Shown here: one piece after another, positions 36,324 to 49,712 of the stretch
How the letters are laid out: each line of letters begins with the position of its first letter
Numbering within the stretch: the first letter of the stretch is position 1
Assembly (NCBI GenBank): GCA_964187785.1
Contig: OZ076409.1
Location: 48,672,001 to 48,736,000 of the forward strand
Reading direction: 5' to 3'
Source: Amphiscolops sp. MND2022
Lineage: Eukaryota
Length of the DNA: 64,000 nucleotides
Position numbers and translations under genes: made by a program
The notes under the pieces: model-generated
Told to the model about the DNA's origin: nothing
Seen by the model: only the letters and a program-made list of their open reading frames with translations
The model's database searches: none

Positions 36324-36819
36324 GGACCATGTGATCTATGCCCCCCCCCAACTGCGGCGGGGGGGAAATAATACAGTAGGTTCAAATACTAGTTTTAAGC
36401 GAATTAATTATGTCGACATAACATTTTTAAATAGTCAAATACCATTATGTCGACATCGTTGCGTTGAAATTTTAGTCCAATAAAATAATTGATGTCGACA
36501 TAATCATATCTTTTACATTGATTGACAGTTAAAATCAATCATTATTCTTTGAAATGTGCTTCCAAACGGACATGCTTCTTTATTTACAAAACTACGAACT
36601 TTGCATTCAGCATTTAAAAAATTTGGGTCTTTTGCCACGAAGTTTAAATTCACGCGTTTGTTAATATTTGTGAGCATATCAACTTGTTTTATTCATTCAA
36701 TAATTAATATACTTGTGAAAAAGCCGTTTTCGTTTGGGGGGGGGAATTCCTTTCAAGGTGTACCTGGGGGGGGGAATTCCTAACAAGGTGTACCTGGGGG
36801 GGAATAGATCACATGGTCC
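36324..36819. mobile_element. MITE with GGACCATGTGATCTA TIRs
   Basis: Perfect 15-bp TIRs followed by C/G runs. TSD is CTAGTTTG (8 bp), or TAGTTT (6 bp) if the termini are GGG/CCC. Confidence 0.85.
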
Positions 36820-38982
36820 CTAGTTTGTATTCAACTTGAATACAAACTAGAAACCATCAATTTAATTTTTTTCAAAGTGAGAGTTTGGAATTGAGATACA
36901 AACATTCTTTTTTTGAAATCATCTGATCTTTTTTTGATACCTGTCGTGAGCTTCAACAAAAACTGTTCCGAAAAATTATTTTTTCGATTAACTGTACTCT
37001 TTTGTACGAAAGAAAGGAAATTAAAGACAAGATTAAAAAGCCATCAGTTTAACTTAAACTGATGGCTTTTTAATCTTGTCTTTAATTTCCTTTCTTTCGT
37101 AAAAGTAACCCGTTTTTTGAAAAGTTTTTTTGAAAAGTAACCCGCTTTTGAGTTTTGTAAACGAACGATTTTCAAAAATCAGGGAAGTTTACAAAAGTGT
37201 ACTTCCAAACTGAACGAACTGTTTCATTCTTTTGTTTACCATTCATCAATCAAATTTTAGGTTGTTACAGCTACTCATGGTTTCAAAAAGGATGCGAATA
37301 AGTCCTACCTTATAAGGTAACAAACGTTTCACCCATCATGAGTGATGATCAGCTCTCATTTCCTTATAAGGTACGCGCTGTTCCATTTCTATGAAAAAGC
37401 TACCTTATTACCTTATTTGGTCAATACGGTGATTCATCGTTGACGAACAAGCGTGCGCGCACTACCTTATTTGGTCAGTGAGCGCCTGCTTTAAAGTACT
37501 TCAAGTTTGATCGCGGTAAAATTCCAATTAAATTGGCGGTAATCAAATCTTCTCGAAGAGACCAATTTCCCGTATGAGTAGGCATTGGATTTATTTGGAA
37601 ATTACAGTAGTAGCAGAAGCATACAATAAAATATGGATACCGTTTGGTTGATGGCTAGGCAATACGGAAACAAATACGGAAGAAGCGTTGAATATGTGAA
37701 AGTAAAAACAGTATTTACTTCTGACTCAGAAATAAATACTGTTTTTATTTCCACATATTCAACGCTTCTTCCGTATTCTGAGAAGTACTGAGATTAGTGA
37801 TTGTTAATTGTGTCGCTTCTCAGAAACATGTCAATTCAGCTAAGTATTGAATAATTTCTATCAAAATAGATATATACTTATGTAAGGCGAAATATGGAGA
37901 AACATGACATTTATATACAAATGAATCCTAAGCCTACTCATGATTGTTCGCTATGGATGAATCAAATGAAGATTTTTGGAAATTGGCAGTCAGAATTTGT
38001 AACAGACAGCAATATCATTGACTTGTTGGTAAATATGAACGCCAATGCGAATTCTTAAATTGATGATTGACACTTTTCACCACTGTTACAATACACTTCT
38101 GACAGCAGAAAGTGGTTCGCAATACTAGCCCCGAGAAGAAAAGTTTAGCTCCGAAATTTATCATTACTAGAAAAGCAAAACGGTTGACCGTTGAATCCTC
38201 TCCCTTTACAGAAGTTTCAACAGTGTTAGTAGGTAAGATATTGATAGTTTTGTTTCCTTTCCGTAGTATTCAGCTATCTAAAAATTTATTCACTTCACTA
38301 AAAGCTTTAAATATAGTATATCTTCAAACAAACTCCGGTTTCACCCCCTTTGGAAAAACGAATAATTCTTCTATATTGAATCTGAATCAGTTACTAAGGA
38401 ACTGGATATAAGTTGAGTCGGACACTTTTCAAGCGCCCGGCGCCGAATTTTGGTCGCGTTAACCTAAATAAAAAACCGTATGTCCCTCATATTATCGTCA
38501 CGGTTGTGATTACGCTCACGGCAGGGACCAAAGTTCAGAAATTTGATTGAGAGTAAAAACATTTATGGTAAACAAAGTACTCAGTAAACAAACAAAATCC
38601 TGAACTTTGGTCCCTGTCGTGAGCGCAATCTTATTAGACAATTCATTAACTTGTCCATAACAACAAACACTGTCTGGCCGACAATAGTTGATAAATTGTT
38701 CAATGCGTAAATTTAATGATGAATTGTTTAATGATAATTTGTTTAAACTGAGTTGCAACTAATTTTGGTCCCTGGTGTAAGCGCCTGATGTAATAAAACG
38801 TTCCTATGACTAAAATGACTCCGATGACTTCTGATCAAAGAAAACGCTAATTTGAAAATTCCATTTTGGAATTTTTGTATTTATGATACTTTTATAAAAA
38901 ATGCAATAATCATGATCGTAATCATTTGAGGATCACACCATTTGAATTTCATATGAAAAGTTACATGACAAATGAATTGAAA

Positions 38983-39700
38983 TTAGGAGCAATGTTCCTT
39001 TACGTGCATCCTATAATTTTGCATTGTCTTGAAATTCACATTGGATACGAGTGTCGCGTGAACATAAATGTTGCTGTTGAAGTTTAGAAATGATGTTTTG
39101 TCAACTTTGAATTTCAGGGACGTAATGACAGCTGTTCCATCCGCAACTTTGTCCCATTCGTTGCCCAATATGTGGTCCCATGCTGATGTTGAAAAAGGGC
39201 CGTCGTCTTCTTTTATGGAGAATGTCACTGGGCCATTTGTGACACCGAACGCGTGAATCGTCGCATCAGTGCAAGGGGCAAAATCTTGCTTGATGTCTTT
39301 GACTCTGCTGCGTCCACTGAGGGAATTCATCAGCAAGTTCTTCAGGTTAGAATATGCCAATACACTAACGCATGGTCGTCGTATAACGGCGCGCCAGGTG
39401 CGTTTTCAACTGCTCCCAGGCTTTTTTTCCGGAGATAACTCACAGGGACTGTTGCGTTAAAGGAAGGATCGTCCTGTTTTTCGACTTCTACGAGAAGTTT
39501 CGTCTTTAAATAGTAAATAGAATTAATCTTCCAATCGCAGCCCAAAATTTCAACAATGTCTCCCTTGATGACGACTCCGGTGCTGATGGGGACACAAACT
39601 AGTTCTTTCCGTTCAAGTGGGGTACTTTTGAAACTCTGGGAAGGTCCACCAATGGTTATGGCCTGGGATGGTATTGCATCAGGATTACCGAATAATTTAT
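38983..39700 (-). CDS. Unknown protein-like coding segment, probably frameshifted or spliced
   Basis: Overlapping ORFs 39545-39342 and 39360-38983 have globular-protein composition and higher GC than their flanks. No family recognised. Confidence 0.4.
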
Positions 39701-39999
39701 CGTAGTCACTATTCCAAAGTTGAAAAAATATTAGAAAAATGTTTGAAAAGTACTACAACTAACCCATTGAACCTATTTTGGTTGGTGATATGCGAATGAT
39801 AATAGATATTTTTGCCAAAATTGAGAACTCAATTCGCTTCGGAAAACTGAGGATAAAGCACTTCGGAAACTTTTCCTCGTAGTATTGTCAAAAACATTTA
39901 TGTATTCTACAAAAAATTCAAATCAACTGTACGTGCTTTTTCTCGGGAGGCTGCCAACAACTTGCAACGTTAAACTTGCAATCATTCAACCCTCATAGT

Positions 40000-40743
40000 C
40001 TAGCTAAAAAATAGTTGCACCTCTGTTAAAAAAATATTGAAGTAGTATTTTTGGTAAGCCTGCTTTACATCAATTTTAGTCTTCTTTTTAGGCATCGTGG
40101 CGGGGATCGTGGCCTCTATTCGGCTGGTCACCAACACGGTCTTCTTGTCGAATCTTGAAGTAACGTGTTCTTCGTCAGATTCATCCGAGGACTCGGAGTC
40201 CTCGGATTCTTCGAATTTCACTTTTTTGAAAACGGATGCTGCCTTTTGTGACGATTCGCATCGAAGCTGGTAGTATTTGATGGGGACCAAATTCACATTT
40301 TCCAGCTGTTCGTCGAAAAAAACGTTTTCTTCTATTGGTATCACAACTGGCGATATCAACATTTCTTTACGGAAGGGATCGTTTTTCATTACGAAACCTT
40401 CTTCGATGTCCCCTATGTGTCGGACGCCGTCTTTAGCATGGGCCAGTGTGTAATGAACTTTATCGTTTCTAACACGTTTTTCTTTCATGTAGCCCAGAAC
40501 ATCAAGGCTCAGTGTCAGTTCAACGCTACGGCTGTAGCTTGGAATTGGCGTTTCGTTCTTTCGGATGGGCCATTCCTCTGGAAAGTCATGGAATTTTGGG
40601 GGTGTTCTAACGACTCCTGCTGCATGTTTTGAGTTGTAATCCAACCATTTGACTTTCGCCTGGAAACAAAAACTTTTTAAAATGTTACTCATTGAACAAA
40701 ACTCATTAGCAGTAGTGATATTTCTGAAAGCAACAAATGGCAA
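40000..40743 (-). CDS. Unknown protein (exon) with acidic stretch and KKKTK NLS-like motif
   Basis: 247-aa ORF with coding-like composition; likely 5' part of the same gene as 38983-39700. Confidence 0.45.
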   Translation of the reverse strand: MPFVAFRNITTANEFCSMSNILKSFCFQAKVKWLDYNSKHAAGVVRTPPKFHDFPEEWPIRKNETPIPSYSRSVELTLSLDVLGYMKEKRVRNDKVHYTLAHAKDGVRHIGDIEEGFVMKNDPFRKEMLISPVVIPIEENVFFDEQLENVNLVPIKYYQLRCESSQKAASVFKKVKFEESEDSESSDESDEEHVTSRFDKKTVLVTSRIEATIPATMPKKKTKIDVKQAYQKYYFNIFLTEVQLFFS

Positions 40744-42825
40744 GTGTGAAAATCGAATATCTCAAAAACAGCAGCGATTTCTGAAAAATTATGAGGATGA
40801 AAGTTTCTTAGATATTTATATGTTTATTTGAAGAATATAGGATGAAAATTTAATACCTCATGAGTTCGGTGAAATTCGGTGACGTAGGCTGATCGCCAAA
40901 GTCCACATTCTTCCTCGAAACATTGCAAGAGTTCTCCGATTTTGAAATTTTTCGAGAAAGTCTGCATTGTCTGTTTCGCACTCGGTTCAAGACTCGGTAC
41001 TAGTAGTGGGTTTAAGAGGACTAAATTCAGTGTCTTTGTAGTGAAATGAGACTAATATTATGTTGCTTTAAGCAAGCTAAGTTAGCAAAAAGACTTCAAC
41101 TTGAACTGACTTCAACAAAAATTAGAATAACTTCAACTTAAACTTGTCACAGCCACAAAACCAAATTGGGTTAAATTGTTCCAGAATAATATGCCGGCCC
41201 GCGGGCGTTAATTTGAACCAATGTGGTCAAAACTTAGATTTCGGATAATCAGTTGAATTGCACAATGGAAAAATTAGTCTATTTAATGATGCTATTCATT
41301 ACTATCCAATTCATAGTAATGAATGATGCCTCCTATGATGGGGATGACCATCATTACAAGGCCCACTTCATCCAATATTCAATCTTGGTTGAAACCTAAA
41401 CCACAAAACCAGATTGGGTTAAATTGTTCCAGAGTATTTTGCCGGCCTGGAGGCGTTAATTTGAACTTGACTTTCGAATAATGATAATTATTAAGTGATT
41501 AGATAATGATGCCCCGTCCTGGCTGACTTCAAGTCACGCTGATAAGTCACGCTTTAAGTTACGCTGATTGACCATCTTACGCTGCTTGACTGAAATCCAT
41601 TCTACCGGGAAGTGTCTCGTAATTACATCGTAAAATCGAAAAGGGAATAAGTTTTTGAATTCATCATTTGAAATCAATTCCTCGTCAAGTTCAGACCTCA
41701 ATTTTATTCAAACTTCTCAACTATATTGTTGCAACAACCAGTTTACTAATCTCTTGAATTCGAGAATCAAACTGAAATTTTCCAAAATGCTCGATGCTTC
41801 TTTTTCTCAAACAACATCTTCCCAAACTTCGGTCAACATTACTATCGAGCAAATTATTGCCCGTCAATTGAATGATGATGGAATTGTACAAGAAGTTATC
41901 CATGAACTCGCGCCTCCTCCTGTTCTGACAAGTCAGATATCTCATCCTCACGCTCAGGCTGATATATATGACTTCGTTCCATCGAACTCTTCAATGCCAG
42001 CAATAATCGCCGACAATCATACAGGTTCAACATTTTTTGGTACTTTAAAACGTTTATTGGGCGTATTATACTTTTTTCCTCGGCTATGTGTCGTCTGTTG
42101 ATAGTTCCAGTTACGTAGTTACACTCAGGGTCAGTAATTTAAATAATTCTAAATAATTGTCGCACTATGTCAGATAAGTTTTACGGAACAAAGTGCTCTA
42201 CATAACTGGGTAGCGTTCTAAAGTATTGCAAATCCATAATAATACTTGAATATATACCACAATAATAAGTTGAATAATATCCATAATAAGTTGAATAATA
42301 CTTTCTGAACAAGTTTTGGTCAAACATTTGCCGTCGAAAATAATCCTTCCGAATTAGTAATTCGATTGAAATACTTTTCTGATTTTACAAATTCTTAAAG
42401 ACGTTGATACATCATGTTTTGTTGCATAATGTGCTGCAGCGTTTATAGACACAAAATAAACTACAAAAATAAACTGATGATTTCAGTTCAATTCGCAGTG
42501 TGTATATAACTGAAATCCTGAGTAATTTTACTGGAATAATTTTATGCCTTGTAATGGAGCTCACACCAGGGACCAAAATTTTGAAATCAATCGTAGAACA
42601 TCGAAAATGTTTTTGTGAAAAACGGATGTTTCCAACTGAGTAAATTATTGAGCCAAACAATTAGTGTAGGATAAAAATCGTTTTAATTAGATAACTGAAT
42701 GCAATCAATTTTTTCTGAATTTCCTTGGATTTATATGCTTTCTCTTATTCAAAAAAAACAGATCGATTCCAAAAAATCATTTAGGTTTCGGTAATCAAAT
42801 GTTTACATGTTTATTGTATTTAAGG

Positions 42826-45236
<2,411 letters not shown>

Positions 45237-45477
45237 TCTGAGGGACAATTTAAAGCGGATTTTGGTATTATGATACCAATTTAAAGTGTCCTCATTGCGT
45301 GGAGTGCCAATTTAAAATGGCCTAATACTGAGTATTATATTTAAATTGGCCTCCGTTAGCTTACTACCGTCAGTATTCGAAGTACCATTTTAAAATAATT
45401 TGCGCAGAGTATAAAATATTTGGGACATTTATTGAGGAAATTACTTTTTTGTGATGTTAGTCACGCAAATCTTGCTG

Positions 45478-45725
45478 TTTTAGACCTTAGTTACATGAAT
45501 ACCAATTTTAGACGTTAGTCGCGAGAATTCCAATTTTAGACGTTAGTCACGAGATATCCTATTTTAGACGTTAAGAAGGCGATTGCCTATTTTGGACGTA
45601 GTCACGCGAAACCCTATTTTAGACATTAGCCACGCGAAACCCTATTTTAGACGTTAGTAACGTGAATATCTATTTTAGACGTAAGTCACTTGAAACCCCT
45701 CTTTTGGACGGTTGTCTCGCGAATA
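45478..45725. repeat. Minisatellite, ~30-bp unit (TTTTAGACGTTAGTCACGCGAAACCCTA)
   Basis: About 8 imperfect copies. Confidence 0.8.
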
Positions 45726-45884
45726 CCTATGTTACAATGTAAGTTTTTCGAAATTTCTTTTACCTTCGAATAATTTTCTACGGACAGGTTTCTTACCCAA
45801 ACCAATCTCAATGACGATAATTCAATTGAATTCCTCCAAATGAGATGTAAACTATTTCATGAATAATTGTCGCAACATGACAAT

Positions 45885-47420
45885 TCGAACAAAATCAAGG
45901 TATTCATTTATATAGGTATTGAATGATACTTACCCCCATCTGTATCTTTCTTGTATGTAGAGAATTCAACAAAACAATTTTTGAAAAATCAAAAAATAGA
46001 AAAACTTGTTATTTTGAAAAAACGTCAAAAAAATGTATTAAAACAAAATTCCCAGGTTGGGGGGTTCTATTTTCCAGGTACTGCGTTCAATGACGAATCG
46101 AATGGTACCAACCCCCCATCGGTATCTTTCTTGTGTGTGGAGAAATAAACAAAATAATTTCGAAAAAGTTTCAATAAATAGGAAAATTTCATGTTATTTT
46201 TGAAAAAACGTCAAAAAAAGGTGTCAAAACAAAATTCCCAGGTTGGGGGGTTCTAATTTTCAGGTACTTCATTCAATGACCAATCGAATGGTACCAACCC
46301 CCCATCGGTATCTTTCTTGTGTCTGGAGAAATAAACAAAATAAATTTCGAAAAATTTTCAGAAAATAGGAAAATTTTGTTATTTTTGAAAAAACGGCAAA
46401 AAAAGGTATTAAAACAAAATTCCCAGGTTGGGGGTTGTATTTTCCAGATACTTCATTGAATGACGAATCGAATGGTACCAACCCCCCATCGGTATCTTTC
46501 TTGTGTGTGGAGAAATAAACAAAATAATTTTTAAAAGTTTTCAGAAAATAGGAAAATTTCATGTTATTTTTGAAAAAACGTCAAAAAAATGTATTAAAAC
46601 AAAATTCCCAGGTTGGGGGGTTCTTTTTTCCAGGTACTGCGTTCAATGACGAATCGAATGACACCAACCCCCCATCGGTATCTTTCTTGTGTGTCGAGAA
46701 ATAAACAAAATAATTTCGAAAAATTTTCAGAAAATAGGAAAATTTCATGTTATTTTTGAAAAAACGTCAAAAAAAGGTGTCAAAACAAAATTCCCAGGTT
46801 AGGGGGTTCTGTTTTTTAGGTACTGCATTCAATGACGAATCGAATGGTACCAACCCCCCATCGGTATCTTTCTTGTGTGTGGAGAAATAAACAAAATAAT
46901 TTCGAAAAATTTTCAATAAATAGGAAAATTTCAAGTTATTTTCGAAAAAACGTCAAAAAAAGGTGTCAAAACAAAATTCCCAGGTTAGGGGGTTCTATTT
47001 TTCAAGTACAGCATTCAATGACGAATCGAATGGTACCAACCCCCCATCGGTATCTTTCTTGTGTCTGGAGAAATAAACAAAATAATTGGAAAATTTTATG
47101 TTATTTTTGAAAAACGGCAAAAAAGGTATTAAAACAAAATTCCCAGGTTGGGGGTTATATTTTCCAGATACTGCATTGAATGACAAATCGAATGGTACCA
47201 ACCCCCCATCGGTATCTTTCTTGTGTGTGGAGAAATAAACAAAATAATTTCGAAAAATTTTCAGAAAATAGGAAAATTTTGTTATTTTTGAAAAAACAGC
47301 AAAAAAATGTATTAAAGCAAAATTCCCAGGTTGGGGGGTTATATTTTCCAGATACTGCATTCAATGACGAATCGAATGGTACCAACCCCCCATCGGTATC
47401 TTTCTTGTGTGTGGAGAAAT
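45885..47420. repeat. Second satellite, ~185-bp monomer (about 8 copies)
   Basis: GAATGGTACCAACCCCCCATCGGTATCTTTCTTG recurs near 46100, 46287, 46470, 46657, 46842, 47028, 47190 and 47374. Confidence 0.95.
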
Positions 47421-47430
47421 TAGCAAATTA

Positions 47431-47586
47431 AATGAATTTGTGGTGAAATGAACATGGGGTGAAATGAATGTGGGTTGAAATGAATGTGGGGTGACATGAA
47501 CGTGGGGTGAAATCAACGCGGGGTGAAATAATATGGGATGAAATGACATGGGATGAAATTGTTTTGGGGTGAAATGAACGCACACC
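47431..47586. repeat. ~17-bp minisatellite (GGGGTGAAATGAAYGT), probably a transposon subterminal array
   Basis: About 9 imperfect copies. Confidence 0.75.
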
Positions 47587-49712
47587 TTTTATTATATTTG
47601 TGGTATAATATATAATATATATAATAGAATACAGATTATACTTCAAATATATATATATGTATTAAATATAAAAATATTGAATAAATCTAAATCGTTAACG
47701 AAGAGAGTTAGAAGATTTTTAATGACATATTTGGACTCGTATAGAAGTGGATTCAGGGTGAGTGCGGCTGCACAATCTCCCCTTGCTTCATCATTTGTTG
47801 ACCTGCGAAGCACAATTGCTCAAATACAGTAGTGATTTGAGCAATTGTGCCTCGCGGGTCAACAAATGATGAACCAAGGGGAGATGGTGCAGCCGCACTC
47901 ACCTTGAATCCACTTCCTCACCGTTGAACCAAGTGGAGTGACCTCTGGTCCCACTTCACTCAGACAGTCTATTACTCAACGTGTAATAACTACAGTCGCG
48001 TGAATGCTCGAATTACGTCATACCATTGCTCAACGCAGTGTATGCAGTACAGTATGAACGATTACATGTACCAACTGATTCTAATCTCACCACTGCATTG
48101 ACTGCTGCACTTTACACGTGTTGTATTAGAACGGAAGGTGCGAGCGTGTGTTACATGTTACATTCATGTATACAAATTATTAGAGTTGACATTATTGGAT
48201 TTGATTATTATCGGAAAAATAAACGTTATGAGAATTTACTAATTCTACAACATTCTATAATACTTTACTGTATTTTTCTTTTTAGATTATTACTTTATGG
48301 GAATTCGGATACTATTAGAATTCATTTACTTGAAGCGGCTTTTTCATTCTTTACTGTATTTTGAAAGGAAGTTTCCTTCATGAGGTAAGATTTTTGGTAC
48401 TCTCGACCAACGAAATATTTTTACTTAGAAACAATCACCGTTATTAGAATTCATTGACCTTGTGTCTTATTTCCCTCCAGGTACATCTTGTTTCGAAATC
48501 ATCAGGTAAAATATAATTAGATAGTATTGTTATATCATATCTATTTATTATATATACATAATTTTTATATTTTTTGTACAATATTTATTATATAAAGTAC
48601 TTCCTACTTTGTTTCTTGAATTTCAACTTTTTATTTGAAATACTGCTCGTTTGTAAAATTGCATGTTTTTATCATTACTTTGTTTTAGTAACTTTGTTTG
48701 TTTATCATTACTTAGTGAAGATGATCTTAGTACAGTAGCGTGAATAAAAAAATTCCCGGCCTGCCTCTACACTGAGCGTTATCATAATTGATCGATTAAG
48801 CTATGATCAACTTTTAAAAATGCATGTTTGCTCAATTTCAACTGATTATATATTTTCAACACTTTCAAGTGATATCATATTTCAACATATTTTCAACTAT
48901 TAACAACTAATTTTCAAATAGTTTTTTCTCCACCGAAGACAGTATTTTTCTTCCTTACATGATGATGATACGTATGATACTAGTGGAGTCTCTTATAAAT
49001 TTAGAAATGTTTTCAGGACAACCAAAGAAGTTTTTTTTGAATTTTTGAAATACGTTTCGAGTTACTTGGTTTTTTCTCTGGGGTTAACGCTTTATCGCAT
49101 AACGAGACAACCCGGTAAAATAGGTTTCAGGCACGCAGCTGTATGATCTCGGACATTTCAAAAAGTCTGTCGGAAGTTTGCAATTTGTTTTTTCTTCTTC
49201 TACCGTGACGGTCACTTCTGGTGGCTATCATAACTTTTGAAATTGTTTTCATAATCATTAAGCCAGTATCATCGTTTTTGTGATTTGTTTCTGGTTTCTT
49301 ACTTAAACAGTTGTTGTATTTCAGATCGAAATGATACAAAAACCAATCATCACTTATGCTGGCATCAATTACGTGAAACTCATATTCCTGAACGTCTTGT
49401 TCCCGAATGTGTTCCTGCTGGAAAGCAATGACTGTCTTCTTCCCAATGATCGCAGGAAGGCTACAGATTTCCTCAAGAAGCATTTAAAAGGTTTATTTTC
49501 TTTCCTTTTTTAATCAAAAACATACTATGTTTTTTATCAAAAACATATGTTTTTATCAAAAACATACATACTACGTTTTGGACAATTACGTTTACGATCT
49601 CTAGTTAGTAACTAGAGATCGTAAACGTAATTGTCCAAAACGTGGTTGTGAGATGTAAGGAATGCACTTAAGCATAGCATTGTAGTTGATCGTTCGTGGC
49701 ACGTTTTGATTC

